From IMG/VR virus record IMGVR_UViG_3300026078_000023, positions 1-64,000 of that record: DNA of 64,000 nucleotides, one strand, 5' to 3'. The notes under the pieces were generated by a model. It searched no databases, was not told where the DNA came from, and worked only from the letters and a program-made list of their open reading frames with translations. The stretch is from a virus. Made by a program: the position numbers and the translations under genes. This document shows positions 53,312-63,602 of the stretch, piece after piece. Numbering within the stretch: position 1 is the stretch's first letter; each line of letters opens with the position of its first letter.

Positions 53312-55366
53312 TCAGTAGGAGGAGAACCCGGCGTTCTTGCCGACCTGCCAGATCGGCAGGTCCGACCAGTTGTAGTTGGTGCCCGTGACGAGGAGCTGAC
53401 TCGCGGCCGACGTCGTCGCCGTGAACGCGGTCGACGGCGAGGGATTCGACGACGAGAGCTTGGACCCCGGGTCGAGGATGTTCACGATGAAACCGGTGTT
53501 GCTGGACCCGAAGATCCCGTCCACCGACGCCTGCGCGCCGCCGATCACCTGGATCGCCGAGGCCGAGCAGTCGAACACGTAGAGCGTCCCCAGGCGACCG
53601 TTGCAGCCGACCAGGAGCTGGCAGCTGCCGGTCTTCGCGATCAGGTTAGTGTTCACCTGGAGGTTGCCGGTCCATGCCGACATGAACGCCGACGAGAGCC
53701 ACAGGCAACGGTTCGGGGCGGTGGTCCCGGAGAAGGTGAAGCTCCCGACGTTCACGCAGCCCTGGACCACGCAGCCGGACGGGACCGAGGCGCCCGACGC
53801 GCGCCACCCGCAGTGCCGGATCTGGGCCTGGCCGCCGGCGACCTTGTCCAGGTCCAGCAGGACCAGGTGGCAGTTCAGGGTCGTGACCCCAGCGTTGGAG
53901 ACCGGGAGGATGACGGACGGGAACTTCGGGAGCGAGAGGACCTCGTAGTTGTCCCCGCTCACGAACGACGCAGAGGCCGTGCCGGCGGCGGTCGTCGCCG
54001 GCCAGCCGTTCGTCGGGGAGATCTCCGCGGTCTTGGCCACGTTCTCGTAGCCCATCGCCGCGTACTTCAGCCCGTCCGTCCTCCTGATGATCCGCGACCC
54101 GGAAGAGGTGGACAGGCACCCGGACGCCGACCAGGACGTCGGCAGGGACGAGTCGGAGACGGTCCACGGCGCGTCGGCCGCGCCGGTCAGCGTCCCTGAC
54201 CGGACCACCGTCGGGACGCCCACGAACAGCAGGGGGTTCGCCGTGTATGACCCGACCTGTGTCCCGTGCATGATGGGGGTCAGGTTCAAGGAGGCGTGCG
54301 CCGTGTCGCTCATCCACCGGACGGTGGTGGCCTGGGCCAGGGCCACCCCTTTCACGCGGCGCACGAACTCGTCGGCGGTCCGGAGCGGGTGGGTGTCGTC
54401 GACCCCGGTCTGCTCGTCGGTGGCGACGCCCGAGACGTTGGCCTCGTCGATGCTCCACGTCGCCTGGGTCTGCCAGATCTGGCTCGGGAACCCGAGCCGG
54501 ATCCACCGGCCCAGGGCACCACCGTCTGCCAGGACCGTGATGCCGTCGACGATCGCCGACGAGCCGGGGACGAACACGAAGAAGTCGTGCAGCGTCAGGA
54601 CCTCGCAGATGTGGCAGTCGCTCGTCAGGAAGACCGACGTGTCGATCGCCACCATCCCGGTCAGGTTGGTGCGCCGGAACAGCGTGTTCGCTGCGCCGCC
54701 GCCACCGCCGCCGCTCGAGTTGATGATCGGGTTCTGGGCGGTGCCCGTGATGCTAATGTTCGTTCCGGCGCTGATGGTCAGGACGCCGGCGTTGTTGATG
54801 ACCGGGTTCGTCACGGTCCCGGTGACTGAGATCCCCGTGCCGGCCGTGACGGTGTCGACGCCGCCCCCGCCCCCGGCGTTCTGGCGGAAGTACTCCAGCC
54901 ACCGGATCGCCTGGGTCTTCCACCCCTGGCTGATGTTCGCCTTCTCGGTGTCCTCGGTGGACTCGAAGCCGCCCATCTTCCGGAGCGGCAGCGGCGTCCC
55001 GCCCGGACCCGTCACGAACAGGCCCGACAGGCGCGCCAGGAGCACCACCCGGCGGGTCTCGCCGGGAGACCCCGGGTTGATGACCGCCTCGAGGACGTAC
55101 GTCCCGTCCGTGTGGTAGACGCCGTCGTTCGCGTCGACCGTGAACGAGCACGACGAGGCGTAGGCCAGGGTGATCGGCTCCGGGCCGGCGCCGCCGACCA
55201 CCGACCCCTCGGGCCGACCCTTCAGGACCCACTTGACCGTGCTGACGCCGACCATCGAGGTCAGCGAGGCGGTCACCACGTCGCCGGCGGCGAGGTCCTC
55301 GCGGTACCCGATGACGGCGGGGCCGCCGTTCCTGGTGCTCTGTACCTGTACCGACTCGAAGGCCAT
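53312..55366 (-). CDS. tail fibre / tailspike protein 1
   Basis: Ig-like N-terminus, same repeat, poly-Gly hinges, beta-helix-like C-terminus. Confidence 0.75.
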   Translation of the reverse strand: MAFESVQVQSTRNGGPAVIGYREDLAAGDVVTASLTSMVGVSTVKWVLKGRPEGSVVGGAGPEPITLAYASSCSFTVDANDGVYHTDGTYVLEAVINPGSPGETRRVVLLARLSGLFVTGPGGTPLPLRKMGGFESTEDTEKANISQGWKTQAIRWLEYFRQNAGGGGGVDTVTAGTGISVTGTVTNPVINNAGVLTISAGTNISITGTAQNPIINSSGGGGGGAANTLFRRTNLTGMVAIDTSVFLTSDCHICEVLTLHDFFVFVPGSSAIVDGITVLADGGALGRWIRLGFPSQIWQTQATWSIDEANVSGVATDEQTGVDDTHPLRTADEFVRRVKGVALAQATTVRWMSDTAHASLNLTPIMHGTQVGSYTANPLLFVGVPTVVRSGTLTGAADAPWTVSDSSLPTSWSASGCLSTSSGSRIIRRTDGLKYAAMGYENVAKTAEISPTNGWPATTAAGTASASFVSGDNYEVLSLPKFPSVILPVSNAGVTTLNCHLVLLDLDKVAGGQAQIRHCGWRASGASVPSGCVVQGCVNVGSFTFSGTTAPNRCLWLSSAFMSAWTGNLQVNTNLIAKTGSCQLLVGCNGRLGTLYVFDCSASAIQVIGGAQASVDGIFGSSNTGFIVNILDPGSKLSSSNPSPSTAFTATTSAASQLLVTGTNYNWSDLPIWQVGKNAGFSSY

Positions 55367-55372
55367 CGCCGC

Positions 55373-56833
55373 TCAGACGAGGCCGCGGACCCCGTGTCCG
55401 TACGCCTTCACGTAGAGGTTGATGAGGGGGGACCCGGACGGAGTGTTCTGGATGATCACGTAGGCGAGGCCGTTCGACAGGTCGTCGAGGGGGACCGCCG
55501 CGGTGCCGCCGATGATGACCCCGCCCGTGCCGGCCGTGACCGCCAGGGAGGCGCAGGCGTCGTTGAAGCCGTTCGGCGGGCCCATCGACGACGGGTTGAG
55601 GTGCATGCTGATGTTCAGCGGCGACCCGGTGACCGATCCCGGGGACATGGTCACGACGACCTCGCGCTTGATGAGCGGCATCGACGCCAGGACGGCGGGG
55701 GACGCCGCGACCGTGAGCTGCTGCTCGAGGCCCCACTTGCCGTACGTGCGCTCGGCCGTCATCACGCAGGGCTGCCGGTTCGTGGTCCCCTTGTAGACGA
55801 ACCCGAGGCCGATGTAGAGGGCGCTGGTGCGCGCCACGCCGCGCGGGGTGTTGATGCTGGCGTTCGGGTGGCCCTCGCTGTCGGGCGGGGTCGTGCTCTC
55901 CACGATGACCGCGGGGATCCAGAACGGCGTCCCCAGGATGGTCTGGATCGACCCCTGCCCCTGGTCCGGCCGCCCGGCCACCAGGTAGATGTAGTAGGGC
56001 CTGGAGGAATTCGCCGGGGCAGCCGTCGCGAACGGGTTGGCCCCGGCGTCCTGGTACACCTGCGGCGACCCGGTGAACTCGATCAGCTCGCCGTTGATCA
56101 GCACGCGGTGCTTAACGCCGTTCAGGGTCAGGTCAGACGAGGCCGTCGTCGGGTCGGTGGCGTTCGACCACAGCAGCCGGCACCCGGCCAGGATGCGGCT
56201 CTCGAGCGCGCCGGGGGCGACCGTCTTGCGCCACAGCCGGCGCCGGAAGGTGAAGGCCCCGGCGTTCGCCGACGCCGCCGGCACGAACACCTCGTAGAGC
56301 GCGCACTTGTGCGCGGGGACCGCCGGCGGGACGGGCGTCGAGGACGGCGTCCCCGTGACCACCGAGAGCGTCGTGCTGGGATTCGTCGTCTTGTAGACGT
56401 TCTCCGGCGTGGTGTTGCGGGTCTGCGGGTCGAGCAGGATGTTCCGGCTCTGGAGGTCGGTGTCGACCGACGACGGATCGCCGACGATGAGGTCTACCCG
56501 GTGGTTCGTGAGGTCGGGGTTGCTGAACGACAGCGGCGTCGCCGGCCAGCGCATGACGATGTTCGAGCTGTCGTCGGCCGTCAGGTTCGGCATCGTCGGG
56601 TCCCAGAAGAAGCCGGAGCCCTTCGGGATCGTGGCCGTGTACCCGCTCGTGTCGCCGAACACGTCGTGGATCTCGATCGCCCCGGAGATCGGCGAGTCGT
56701 CGTCCGCGGTGCCACCCATGTAGGCGACCATGTCCTGCAGCTCGCGCGAGGACAGGCGCTGCAGGCGGTTCAGGTCGCCGGAGAGGAGCTGCTCGCGGGC
56801 GGCGAACCCGACGCGAGAGAAGCCTGCTGCCAT
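55373..56833 (-). CDS. baseplate / tail-fibre attachment protein
   Basis: REQLLSGDLNRLQ, NHRVDLIV, VTGTPSSTPVPPAVP; position in the tail module. Confidence 0.65.
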   Translation of the reverse strand: MAAGFSRVGFAAREQLLSGDLNRLQRLSSRELQDMVAYMGGTADDDSPISGAIEIHDVFGDTSGYTATIPKGSGFFWDPTMPNLTADDSSNIVMRWPATPLSFSNPDLTNHRVDLIVGDPSSVDTDLQSRNILLDPQTRNTTPENVYKTTNPSTTLSVVTGTPSSTPVPPAVPAHKCALYEVFVPAASANAGAFTFRRRLWRKTVAPGALESRILAGCRLLWSNATDPTTASSDLTLNGVKHRVLINGELIEFTGSPQVYQDAGANPFATAAPANSSRPYYIYLVAGRPDQGQGSIQTILGTPFWIPAVIVESTTPPDSEGHPNASINTPRGVARTSALYIGLGFVYKGTTNRQPCVMTAERTYGKWGLEQQLTVAASPAVLASMPLIKREVVVTMSPGSVTGSPLNISMHLNPSSMGPPNGFNDACASLAVTAGTGGVIIGGTAAVPLDDLSNGLAYVIIQNTPSGSPLINLYVKAYGHGVRGLV

Positions 56834-56873
56834 GTCGGCGAAGTTACACGAGCGCCGGAGGCGCTGTCAGTTT

Positions 56874-58283
56874 TTACGGCCAGGGCTGGATCAGGTGGAC
56901 CCACACCGTCCCCACGACGTTCAGGAAGTTCGTCCCGTCCGACCGGCCGCGCCCGTGGATCACCGTGACCGGGATCTGCGGGACCTTGACCGCGACCGTG
57001 TCGCGCGCGCTGCGCTCCGGGGTGTCGATGACCTGGCTGTCCCAGGTGACGAACCGCATGTGGCAGGTGGACCCGGGGATCGGGTTCGCGGAGGACATCC
57101 CCACCGTGCAGCCGACGATCATCCAGGCCGTGTTCGGAGGCGCCGAGATGACCCAGGCGTCGTTGTCCCCGGCCGACGTCGTCAGGCCCATCTCCGCGAT
57201 CACCGTCGGGCGCTGGAGGAACAGGTCGAAGTTGACCCCGCCCGCCTTGGCCTGCGAGACGTGCTGGTACACCGAGAGCAGCCCGGCCAGGACCCCCGGG
57301 GGGAGCGTCAGCCAGGCGTCCAGGTACCCCATCATGGGGTCGTCGGCGAAGCCTTCGTCCAGGAACATCGCCTGCGCTTCCCGGTCGCTCACGTAGTCCC
57401 CGGCCTGCACCTCGAAGTAGGCGCGGGCGACGCGCCGGTCGGAGAGCGTCGTCACCTCGTCGTCCAGGAAGTCGCCCCCCAGGCCGGGGACGTCCGTGGT
57501 CCCGGCGATCGCCGTGAACGAGTAGAGCCCGTCCGCCGCCTTCTTGGACGGGGTGGCGAGGTCCTGGAAGGGCTCGCCCACCAGGAACGGCGGCAGGCCG
57601 GTCCTCTGGGCGATGGACCTGACCAGCGCCGAGATCGCCTCGGGTGACACCAGATCGGCGATATTGCGGACCCGGGCCCGGAACTCGTCCTCCTGCTCCC
57701 CCGGCTGCTGCAGGAGCCCGCGCTCCCCGCCGTGCACCGCCAGCCAGTTCGCCGCCCCGCCCGTGATGAGCGTGCTCGAGGCGACCACGAACGTGTCATC
57801 GCCGTTCCCGGTCGTCCCGGCGGGGGCGATCAGGTTCTGCACGCCGGCCACGACCGGGGCGTCGGGGGCGACTTGGAACACGGCCTCGTCCTCCGTGTTC
57901 ACGAGCTCGGACCGGCGGTCCGTCTCCACCGGCACGGAGACTGTGATGGTCCCGGCCGAGACCGGCACGTCCGTCTGAGACCGGGCGAGGACGCCGCGCT
58001 CGTCGAGGAACCGGTAGCCGCGCGGGATGACCCCGCCGTAGAGCGCGGTGGTCCGGGTCAGGGTGATGACCGCCACCCCGCGCTGCCCGGCCGAGCTCGC
58101 CGAGATCGTCAGGGCGTCCCGGTTGTGGACGATGGCGGTCCCCAGGCGCGCCATCTGGGCCACCGTCGCCATGACGATCGCCGCCGAGTCCGGGTCGTCG
58201 AGGAGCGGCTGCAGCCACCCCCACTCGTCCGTGTTCGCGCGGAGCAGCTCGAGCAGCGTCTCCTGGGTCTCGGGCGTCGCCAC
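56874..58283 (-). CDS. baseplate wedge protein
   Basis: HGGERGL..QPGE..DEFRARV; follows the baseplate J gene. Confidence 0.65.
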   Translation of the reverse strand: MATPETQETLLELLRANTDEWGWLQPLLDDPDSAAIVMATVAQMARLGTAIVHNRDALTISASSAGQRGVAVITLTRTTALYGGVIPRGYRFLDERGVLARSQTDVPVSAGTITVSVPVETDRRSELVNTEDEAVFQVAPDAPVVAGVQNLIAPAGTTGNGDDTFVVASSTLITGGAANWLAVHGGERGLLQQPGEQEDEFRARVRNIADLVSPEAISALVRSIAQRTGLPPFLVGEPFQDLATPSKKAADGLYSFTAIAGTTDVPGLGGDFLDDEVTTLSDRRVARAYFEVQAGDYVSDREAQAMFLDEGFADDPMMGYLDAWLTLPPGVLAGLLSVYQHVSQAKAGGVNFDLFLQRPTVIAEMGLTTSAGDNDAWVISAPPNTAWMIVGCTVGMSSANPIPGSTCHMRFVTWDSQVIDTPERSARDTVAVKVPQIPVTVIHGRGRSDGTNFLNVVGTVWVHLIQPWP

Positions 58284-58286
58284 GGG

Positions 58287-58649
58287 TTACGTCACCACGC
58301 CGTTCGTGACGTGACCGTGCCAGCACCCGACGTCGATAGACGGGGACAGGGTCAGGTCGTGGAACCCGGTCCCGGACACCACCCACCTGGACGGCTTGCC
58401 GACCCGACCCTGGGACCCGGCGTCGTCCGGCACCGGCGCGCAGCCGCGCGGGTTCGCGAACGACACGCGCACGGCGTGCGGGCGACCGCCGTCGAGCGGG
58501 AACTCCGGCTTCCCGTACCCGCACGGGCACCAGAACTGGACGCCGTCGGCACCATCGATCGAGTCCGTGTAGGTGCAGCCGCGCGCGGTCGTGTCCTTCA
58601 CGAACTTGGCCTCGAACCACGGGTCATCAAAGCGAGCGATCATGTTCAC
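58287..58649 (-). CDS. DUF6527-like small Cys/His protein
   Basis: FWCPCG...H...W......LTLSPSI..GCWHGHVTNG. Confidence 0.65.
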   Translation of the reverse strand: MNMIARFDDPWFEAKFVKDTTARGCTYTDSIDGADGVQFWCPCGYGKPEFPLDGGRPHAVRVSFANPRGCAPVPDDAGSQGRVGKPSRWVVSGTGFHDLTLSPSIDVGCWHGHVTNGVVT

Positions 58650-59752
58650 TCGAAGCTGACGTCCTCCGCGCGGACGCGGATGATCGTCTGGTTGTCAGGG
58701 GGGACCACGTCGCCGGCCGGCTCCTGGACCGATGCCTCGGTGGCGATGACGCCCGGGACTGCGCGCGCGGCCGCGTAGACGTCCGAGCGCAACAGGGACT
58801 GGCCGGGGCGCAGGAACTGCGTCATGGCCACGATCGTCGAGCGGACCTCGTTGGTGGCCCGGACGGTGTCGATGCCGGTCGAGAACGACAGGCGGTACCG
58901 GACGTCCTCGAATGCCACCTGACCGCCTGACAGGAAGACGGGGATCCCGCAGGCCCGGAACTCGAGCAGGACGTCGCGCACGGCCTGGAGCACGAGGGAC
59001 GTCGCGTTGCCGTCTTCGTCCCCGACGATGAGCTCCACCGCGCCGGCCGGCAGCGCGGTCCCCGGGTTCACGATCTCGTAGGCGGTGGACACGGCCACGC
59101 CCGGGACGGTGGTCGCGGCGTACTGGATCGCGCCCAGCGTCGCCCGCCGCAGGGTGAGGAAGTAGGACCGGATCCGCCCGCGGAAGGCCGGGTCCGTCTC
59201 CTGGTTCGACCCGCCCGCCGCCGGGGTCGTGTTCGAGACGATGATCGTCGTGTCGAACGGGGCGTCCTGGAACGTCCACAGCGTGCCGGCGGTGACGTTC
59301 TGCTCCGGGCCCACCAGCTGGGCCACGCCGGTCGCCTTCAGCATCAGGTCCGAGGGGCCGAACACGACGTCCGTCTTGAGGGCGAAGACGTTCCCCCCCG
59401 GCGTGGAGATCCGAGTCCCGGCGTCGACCGTGCCGCCGCCGGCCGCCGCGGTCGGGCGCTGCATGAACCAGTCGACGGTCGCCGCCGCCGCCGGCTTGCG
59501 CGTGATGCCGAACCGGTCGAAGGCGATCCGGTCGAGCTCGGCGCCGCGCGCGCTGTCGACGAACATGGCGCGCATGCAGTTGGCCCAGCCGGCGGAGAGC
59601 GCTTCGCCCATGAGGGCGGACTGCCCGACCACCAGGTTGACGTCCGAGCCCTCGACGTCGACCACCTTCGGGTTGATGCGCGTGCCCGACGCCGTGACGA
59701 TGTACCGGCGCCCGACGCGGAACAGGGCGTCCCTGGTCAGCAAGTCAGCCAA
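58646..59752 (-). CDS. baseplate J / Mu gp47-like protein
   Basis: SARGAELDRIA..RFGITRKPA, GPEQNV.AG, AAGGSNQETD..FRGR, VPGV. Confidence 0.85.
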   Translation of the reverse strand: MADLLTRDALFRVGRRYIVTASGTRINPKVVDVEGSDVNLVVGQSALMGEALSAGWANCMRAMFVDSARGAELDRIAFDRFGITRKPAAAATVDWFMQRPTAAAGGGTVDAGTRISTPGGNVFALKTDVVFGPSDLMLKATGVAQLVGPEQNVTAGTLWTFQDAPFDTTIIVSNTTPAAGGSNQETDPAFRGRIRSYFLTLRRATLGAIQYAATTVPGVAVSTAYEIVNPGTALPAGAVELIVGDEDGNATSLVLQAVRDVLLEFRACGIPVFLSGGQVAFEDVRYRLSFSTGIDTVRATNEVRSTIVAMTQFLRPGQSLLRSDVYAAARAVPGVIATEASVQEPAGDVVPPDNQTIIRVRAEDVSFE

Positions 59753-60644
59753 GGCTCACCACCTCTCCGTTCTGGTCGACGACGAGCTTGGCCGGGACGG
59801 TCCCCGACCGGCGCGTCTTGATGCGGGCGTCCACCGTGGTCAGCCCCCCGCCGGTCACCGAGACCTTCGTCTCCACCGCCCTGGCCTCCGGTTCGCGCAG
59901 GAGCTGCGGCCGGGCCTCGTCGCGGAGCTGGGACATCTTGGCCGTGGTCGCCAGGCCCTTGAGCGGGATCGACAGGCCGTAGTCCGGCAGCCACGAGAAG
60001 GCCGCCTTCTGCGTCCCCAGGCGCCGGAGCGCGCGCTTGCGGATGCCCACGTCGGCCACCTTGGACTGCGGCGGCTCGGGGGCGATGTCCCCGCCGTCGA
60101 ACACCCACCGGCCCTCCCGGTTCCAGAAGTCGGTCAGGTCCTGGCTGCGCTCGGGACGCTTGGTCTCCTGGATCAGGGTGACCCCCGAGAGGTCGGCCGA
60201 GTACGGAGCGCCCAGGTCGCCGCCCGCCGCGGACACGAGCGCCTTGACGGTCACTCGGTACCTCACCCCCGCCACCAGCGCCCGGTCGACGTGGACGTCC
60301 ACGCCGCGCTCGTCGGACTGGATGTACAGGAAGTTCCCGCCCTCGTCGTAGACCGGGACCCCCCCGTTGCCGACGCCGTAGGCCGGCCAGGCGAGCGAGT
60401 CGTGGTCGACGCCCACGGGCACCGGGGCCTCAGCCACGCCGTCCACCACCGAGAACAGGTAGTTCGCGACGTTCAGGGCGTCGCGCGTGCCCGCCGGGGA
60501 CCAGCGCTGGGGGTCCTCCGTGAACACGACGCGGACCACCTGTCCGGCCACGGCCAGGGCCCGGACGACGGAGATCGGCCCGCCGGATCCGAATGGGTCG
60601 CCGTACGCCTCCGCGCCGAAGCCGCCGGGCTTGGTCTGTGGCAC
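59745..60644 (-). CDS. baseplate gp25/gp46-like protein with an N-terminal Ig-like domain
   Basis: C-term RRLGTQK..F.WLPDYG...QLLREPE. Confidence 0.65.
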   Translation of the reverse strand: MPQTKPGGFGAEAYGDPFGSGGPISVVRALAVAGQVVRVVFTEDPQRWSPAGTRDALNVANYLFSVVDGVAEAPVPVGVDHDSLAWPAYGVGNGGVPVYDEGGNFLYIQSDERGVDVHVDRALVAGVRYRVTVKALVSAAGGDLGAPYSADLSGVTLIQETKRPERSQDLTDFWNREGRWVFDGGDIAPEPPQSKVADVGIRKRALRRLGTQKAAFSWLPDYGLSIPLKGLATTAKMSQLRDEARPQLLREPEARAVETKVSVTGGGLTTVDARIKTRRSGTVPAKLVVDQNGEVVSLG

Positions 60645-60653
60645 GAGACCAGA

Positions 60654-61418
60654 CTACTCGCCGTTGATGACGTTCGACAAGAACGCGGCCGACTGGGCCT
60701 CGAACGCCTGGACGGCGAGCAGGGCGGCGTTGAGCCCCGGCGACAAGAGCGGCAGCGGCGTCACCGTGGCCGCCGCTATCAGCAACTGGAGCGCGGCCTC
60801 GAGCTGCTGGTGGAACTGCTGCTGCGCCTGGCGGTAGGTGGAGCCCTTCAGGTACGCCTCCGCCGCGCCGGCGCCGTGCAGGCGGACGGTGCCGTCCGGA
60901 TCGATCCGGACGGTCCCGCTGCCGTTCATGATCTGGACCCCGCCGTCCGCGTCGAGGAGGGCGCGCGCCCCGCCGTCCGTCCTGACGTCCACCGGGACCC
61001 CGCGGGCGTGCACGAGTAGCCGGTCGTTCTGGAACACCGGCAGGCCGTCGTCCCCCACCGGCAGCGGCCCGGACGCACCCGACACCGCCGCCAGGACCTG
61101 GGGGACCATCGAGGCGTCCCCGTCCGGGAAGCCCAAGATCACCTGGTCGCCGGGCTCGAGCGGGCAGTGCGCGGAGACGCGCCCGCCGCCCCAGCCCCAC
61201 CGCGCCGTCATCGGCTGCATGCTGGGCTCGAGGACGACGTCGACCTCCGCCCCGCTCGGGGTGATGACCACCGCGTTCCGGTTGCTGAAGTCCGGCTTGC
61301 CGGTCTCGTCGTCGACCACGGCCACGGTCGCGTAGGACATCCAGAAGCGCAGGTCCACGCCGGCGGTGCGGAGCCCCTGCGCGAACCTGGTCATGTCCAG
61401 CGCGCGCCGCGACGCCAT
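60654..61418 (-). CDS. baseplate spike (gpV/gp45-like)
   Basis: PLEPGDQVILGFPDGD OB-fold motif then beta repeats. Confidence 0.7.
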   Translation of the reverse strand: MASRRALDMTRFAQGLRTAGVDLRFWMSYATVAVVDDETGKPDFSNRNAVVITPSGAEVDVVLEPSMQPMTARWGWGGGRVSAHCPLEPGDQVILGFPDGDASMVPQVLAAVSGASGPLPVGDDGLPVFQNDRLLVHARGVPVDVRTDGGARALLDADGGVQIMNGSGTVRIDPDGTVRLHGAGAAEAYLKGSTYRQAQQQFHQQLEAALQLLIAAATVTPLPLLSPGLNAALLAVQAFEAQSAAFLSNVINGE

Positions 61419-61429
61419 CGACCTGGCCC

Positions 61430-63601
61430 TCACCCGCCACCTCCCGCCGCCCGCTCGGCCAGGCTCAGGAGGAGCGCGTCCTGGTTCGCCTGGAGGGCGG
61501 CCGCCCGCGCGTCCGGCTTCTTCCCGCTCACCTTCGCCTTGTAGTGGTCGTCGGCCGCCTTGTCCTGCGCGGAGAGCGACGCCGGGTTGTTCCGCGCCTC
61601 CTGGTACCCGGCCACCTCGACCGTCACCTGGAAGCCCTCCTGGGCGTCCCAGCGGTAGCAGACGGAGCGCACGTAGAACCAGTCGGTCAGCTTGGCCGAC
61701 TGGTAGGCGGCGTCGATCTTGGCCATGATGCGGTCGAGCTGGTCGCGCTTGCCGGCGGCCACCAGCGCCCGGGACGCCGGGTTCTCGAGCAGGGCCTTCC
61801 GGATGAACGCCGGGTTCGCGCGCCGGTCCATCAGCTGGGACAGGTTGTCGGTAGCCACGTCGTTCGAGGCCGGGTCCTCCACTTGGCGGGCGACCATGAT
61901 CCGGACGCATGCCCCCGGGCGCAGGCGCAGGAGGTCGGGGTTCTCGTTGTGGGTCTCGGGGCGGGTGGGGTCGAGGTAGCTCGACAGCTCGTCCGTCTCG
62001 ATGGTGGCGGTCACCTCGTGCTGGCTGATCGTGTGGTACAGGGCGACGGCGACCCGCTCCAGCTCGGCCTGGGTCCGCACCTCGCGGATCACGCGGACCA
62101 CCTCCTCCTCGATCGGTTGGTGGCCGCGCGCCGATCCGGCAGGCCCGGTGCCGGCGGCGCTGACGATGGTCGCGCGCGGCGTCTTGGGGAACACGGCCTC
62201 TAGGGTCCGCTCCCCCGGCCGGCCGTCGGGGTTGTGGGCGAGGACGCGCACGCGCGGGACGCGCTTCGTCCGGCCGTACTTGCGGGACACCTTGTACTTG
62301 CGGATGTTCTTCCCCCACACCAGCAGGCGGACCTGGGTGGTGATCTCGCGCGACCCGCCGATGGTCACCGTCCGCTCGAAGCCGTCCGCCGGCCCGCCGG
62401 GGATCGTGGTCCCGCCCTGGGGCGTCTCCTTCAGGTTCTGCGGCGGCACGATCAGGATGTTGTTCGCGCCGATCGGGTTGATGCGGCCGTCGGGCTCGCG
62501 CACGACCACGCTCGGGTCGTAGACCGGGATCATCCCGGCCAGGAGGCACGCGCGGGTGACCAGGTCCCACACCGTCACCTCGACCTGGGGGGCGATCGAC
62601 GGCATGCCCACGCCCGCCGGCACGCCGCCGCCCGGGTCGGCCGCCGGGTCGAGTCCCGGGGGGACGCCGGAGGCCTGGACCTGCCCGCCGGCCGCCGCGC
62701 GCGAGGACGCCGTCTGGAGCGAGCGCTTGAGGCGCTTGGCGTCGATCCGGGGGGCCTTGGCCGGGTCGACGTTGGGGAAGTACCGGACGCCGATGGCGTC
62801 GCCCAGGGTGCCGTTGAACTCCGGCACGGCGGCGATGATCTTGCGGACGTAGTCGGCCAGGTCCTCGCCCCCTTTCGCCACCCGGCGCGTCGGCGCGAAC
62901 GGGTCGAACTTCGCGTCGATGAGGCGCTTCTCCAGGCTGTACGCCTCGATCGTCAGGCGCAGGTCGTCGTCGGACGCCTCCAGGCTCTCCTCATCGGCGT
63001 AGCCGCGGAACACCGGCGCCGAGTGCATGACCTGGGGCACCCACACGCCTGGGTCCTGGTAGTCGTCGACCGCGACGGTCCCCCAGAACACCTCGACGAG
63101 CAGGGCCCGGACCACGTCCGGCAGGACTGGGAAGTCGGCGAGCGGCACCTCGACGGTGACCTTGTCGGCGGTCTTGAAGCCGTTGAGGTCGGCGCTGAGC
63201 CCCGTCGGGATCACCGCGATCTGCACCGTGAGGCCGTCCCCCGGCTTCCCGAGCGGCGCCGCCTCGTCGACGGCCCCCTTGCGGTCGCTGCGGCCGCGGC
63301 CCGCCCGCGCGCGCCCGGCGACCACCGCCGTGTCGGCTGCCAGGTCCCGCTCCCCGGAGGCCCGGCGGACTGCCTGGAGGTGGGCGTCGAACGCGGCGGT
63401 GGCGGCGGCGCGCGCGGCCGCCGTCTTGGCCGGGCGGCCCTCCTGCAGCGCGTCCGGCCCGTCGTCGTTCGAGAAGTCCTCGAGGCGGACGGTGAGCCGG
63501 ACGACCACCGCCGGCCGGTAGGTGTACTTCGCCGTCCGCGAGCGCACCAGGCGCTGCGCGGAGGCCACGCCGACCGGGGCTATCAGGTCGGAGATGCCCA
63601 C
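61430..63601 (-). CDS. baseplate hub (Mu gp44/gpD-like) protein
   Basis: Position upstream of the spike; VFRGYAD, LVWGKNI..YKVSRKY, LRPG, FYVRSV. Confidence 0.65.
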   Translation of the reverse strand: MGISDLIAPVGVASAQRLVRSRTAKYTYRPAVVVRLTVRLEDFSNDDGPDALQEGRPAKTAAARAAATAAFDAHLQAVRRASGERDLAADTAVVAGRARAGRGRSDRKGAVDEAAPLGKPGDGLTVQIAVIPTGLSADLNGFKTADKVTVEVPLADFPVLPDVVRALLVEVFWGTVAVDDYQDPGVWVPQVMHSAPVFRGYADEESLEASDDDLRLTIEAYSLEKRLIDAKFDPFAPTRRVAKGGEDLADYVRKIIAAVPEFNGTLGDAIGVRYFPNVDPAKAPRIDAKRLKRSLQTASSRAAAGGQVQASGVPPGLDPAADPGGGVPAGVGMPSIAPQVEVTVWDLVTRACLLAGMIPVYDPSVVVREPDGRINPIGANNILIVPPQNLKETPQGGTTIPGGPADGFERTVTIGGSREITTQVRLLVWGKNIRKYKVSRKYGRTKRVPRVRVLAHNPDGRPGERTLEAVFPKTPRATIVSAAGTGPAGSARGHQPIEEEVVRVIREVRTQAELERVAVALYHTISQHEVTATIETDELSSYLDPTRPETHNENPDLLRLRPGACVRIMVARQVEDPASNDVATDNLSQLMDRRANPAFIRKALLENPASRALVAAGKRDQLDRIMAKIDAAYQSAKLTDWFYVRSVCYRWDAQEGFQVTVEVAGYQEARNNPASLSAQDKAADDHYKAKVSGKKPDARAAALQANQDALLLSLAERAAGGGG

Positions 63602-63602
63602 G

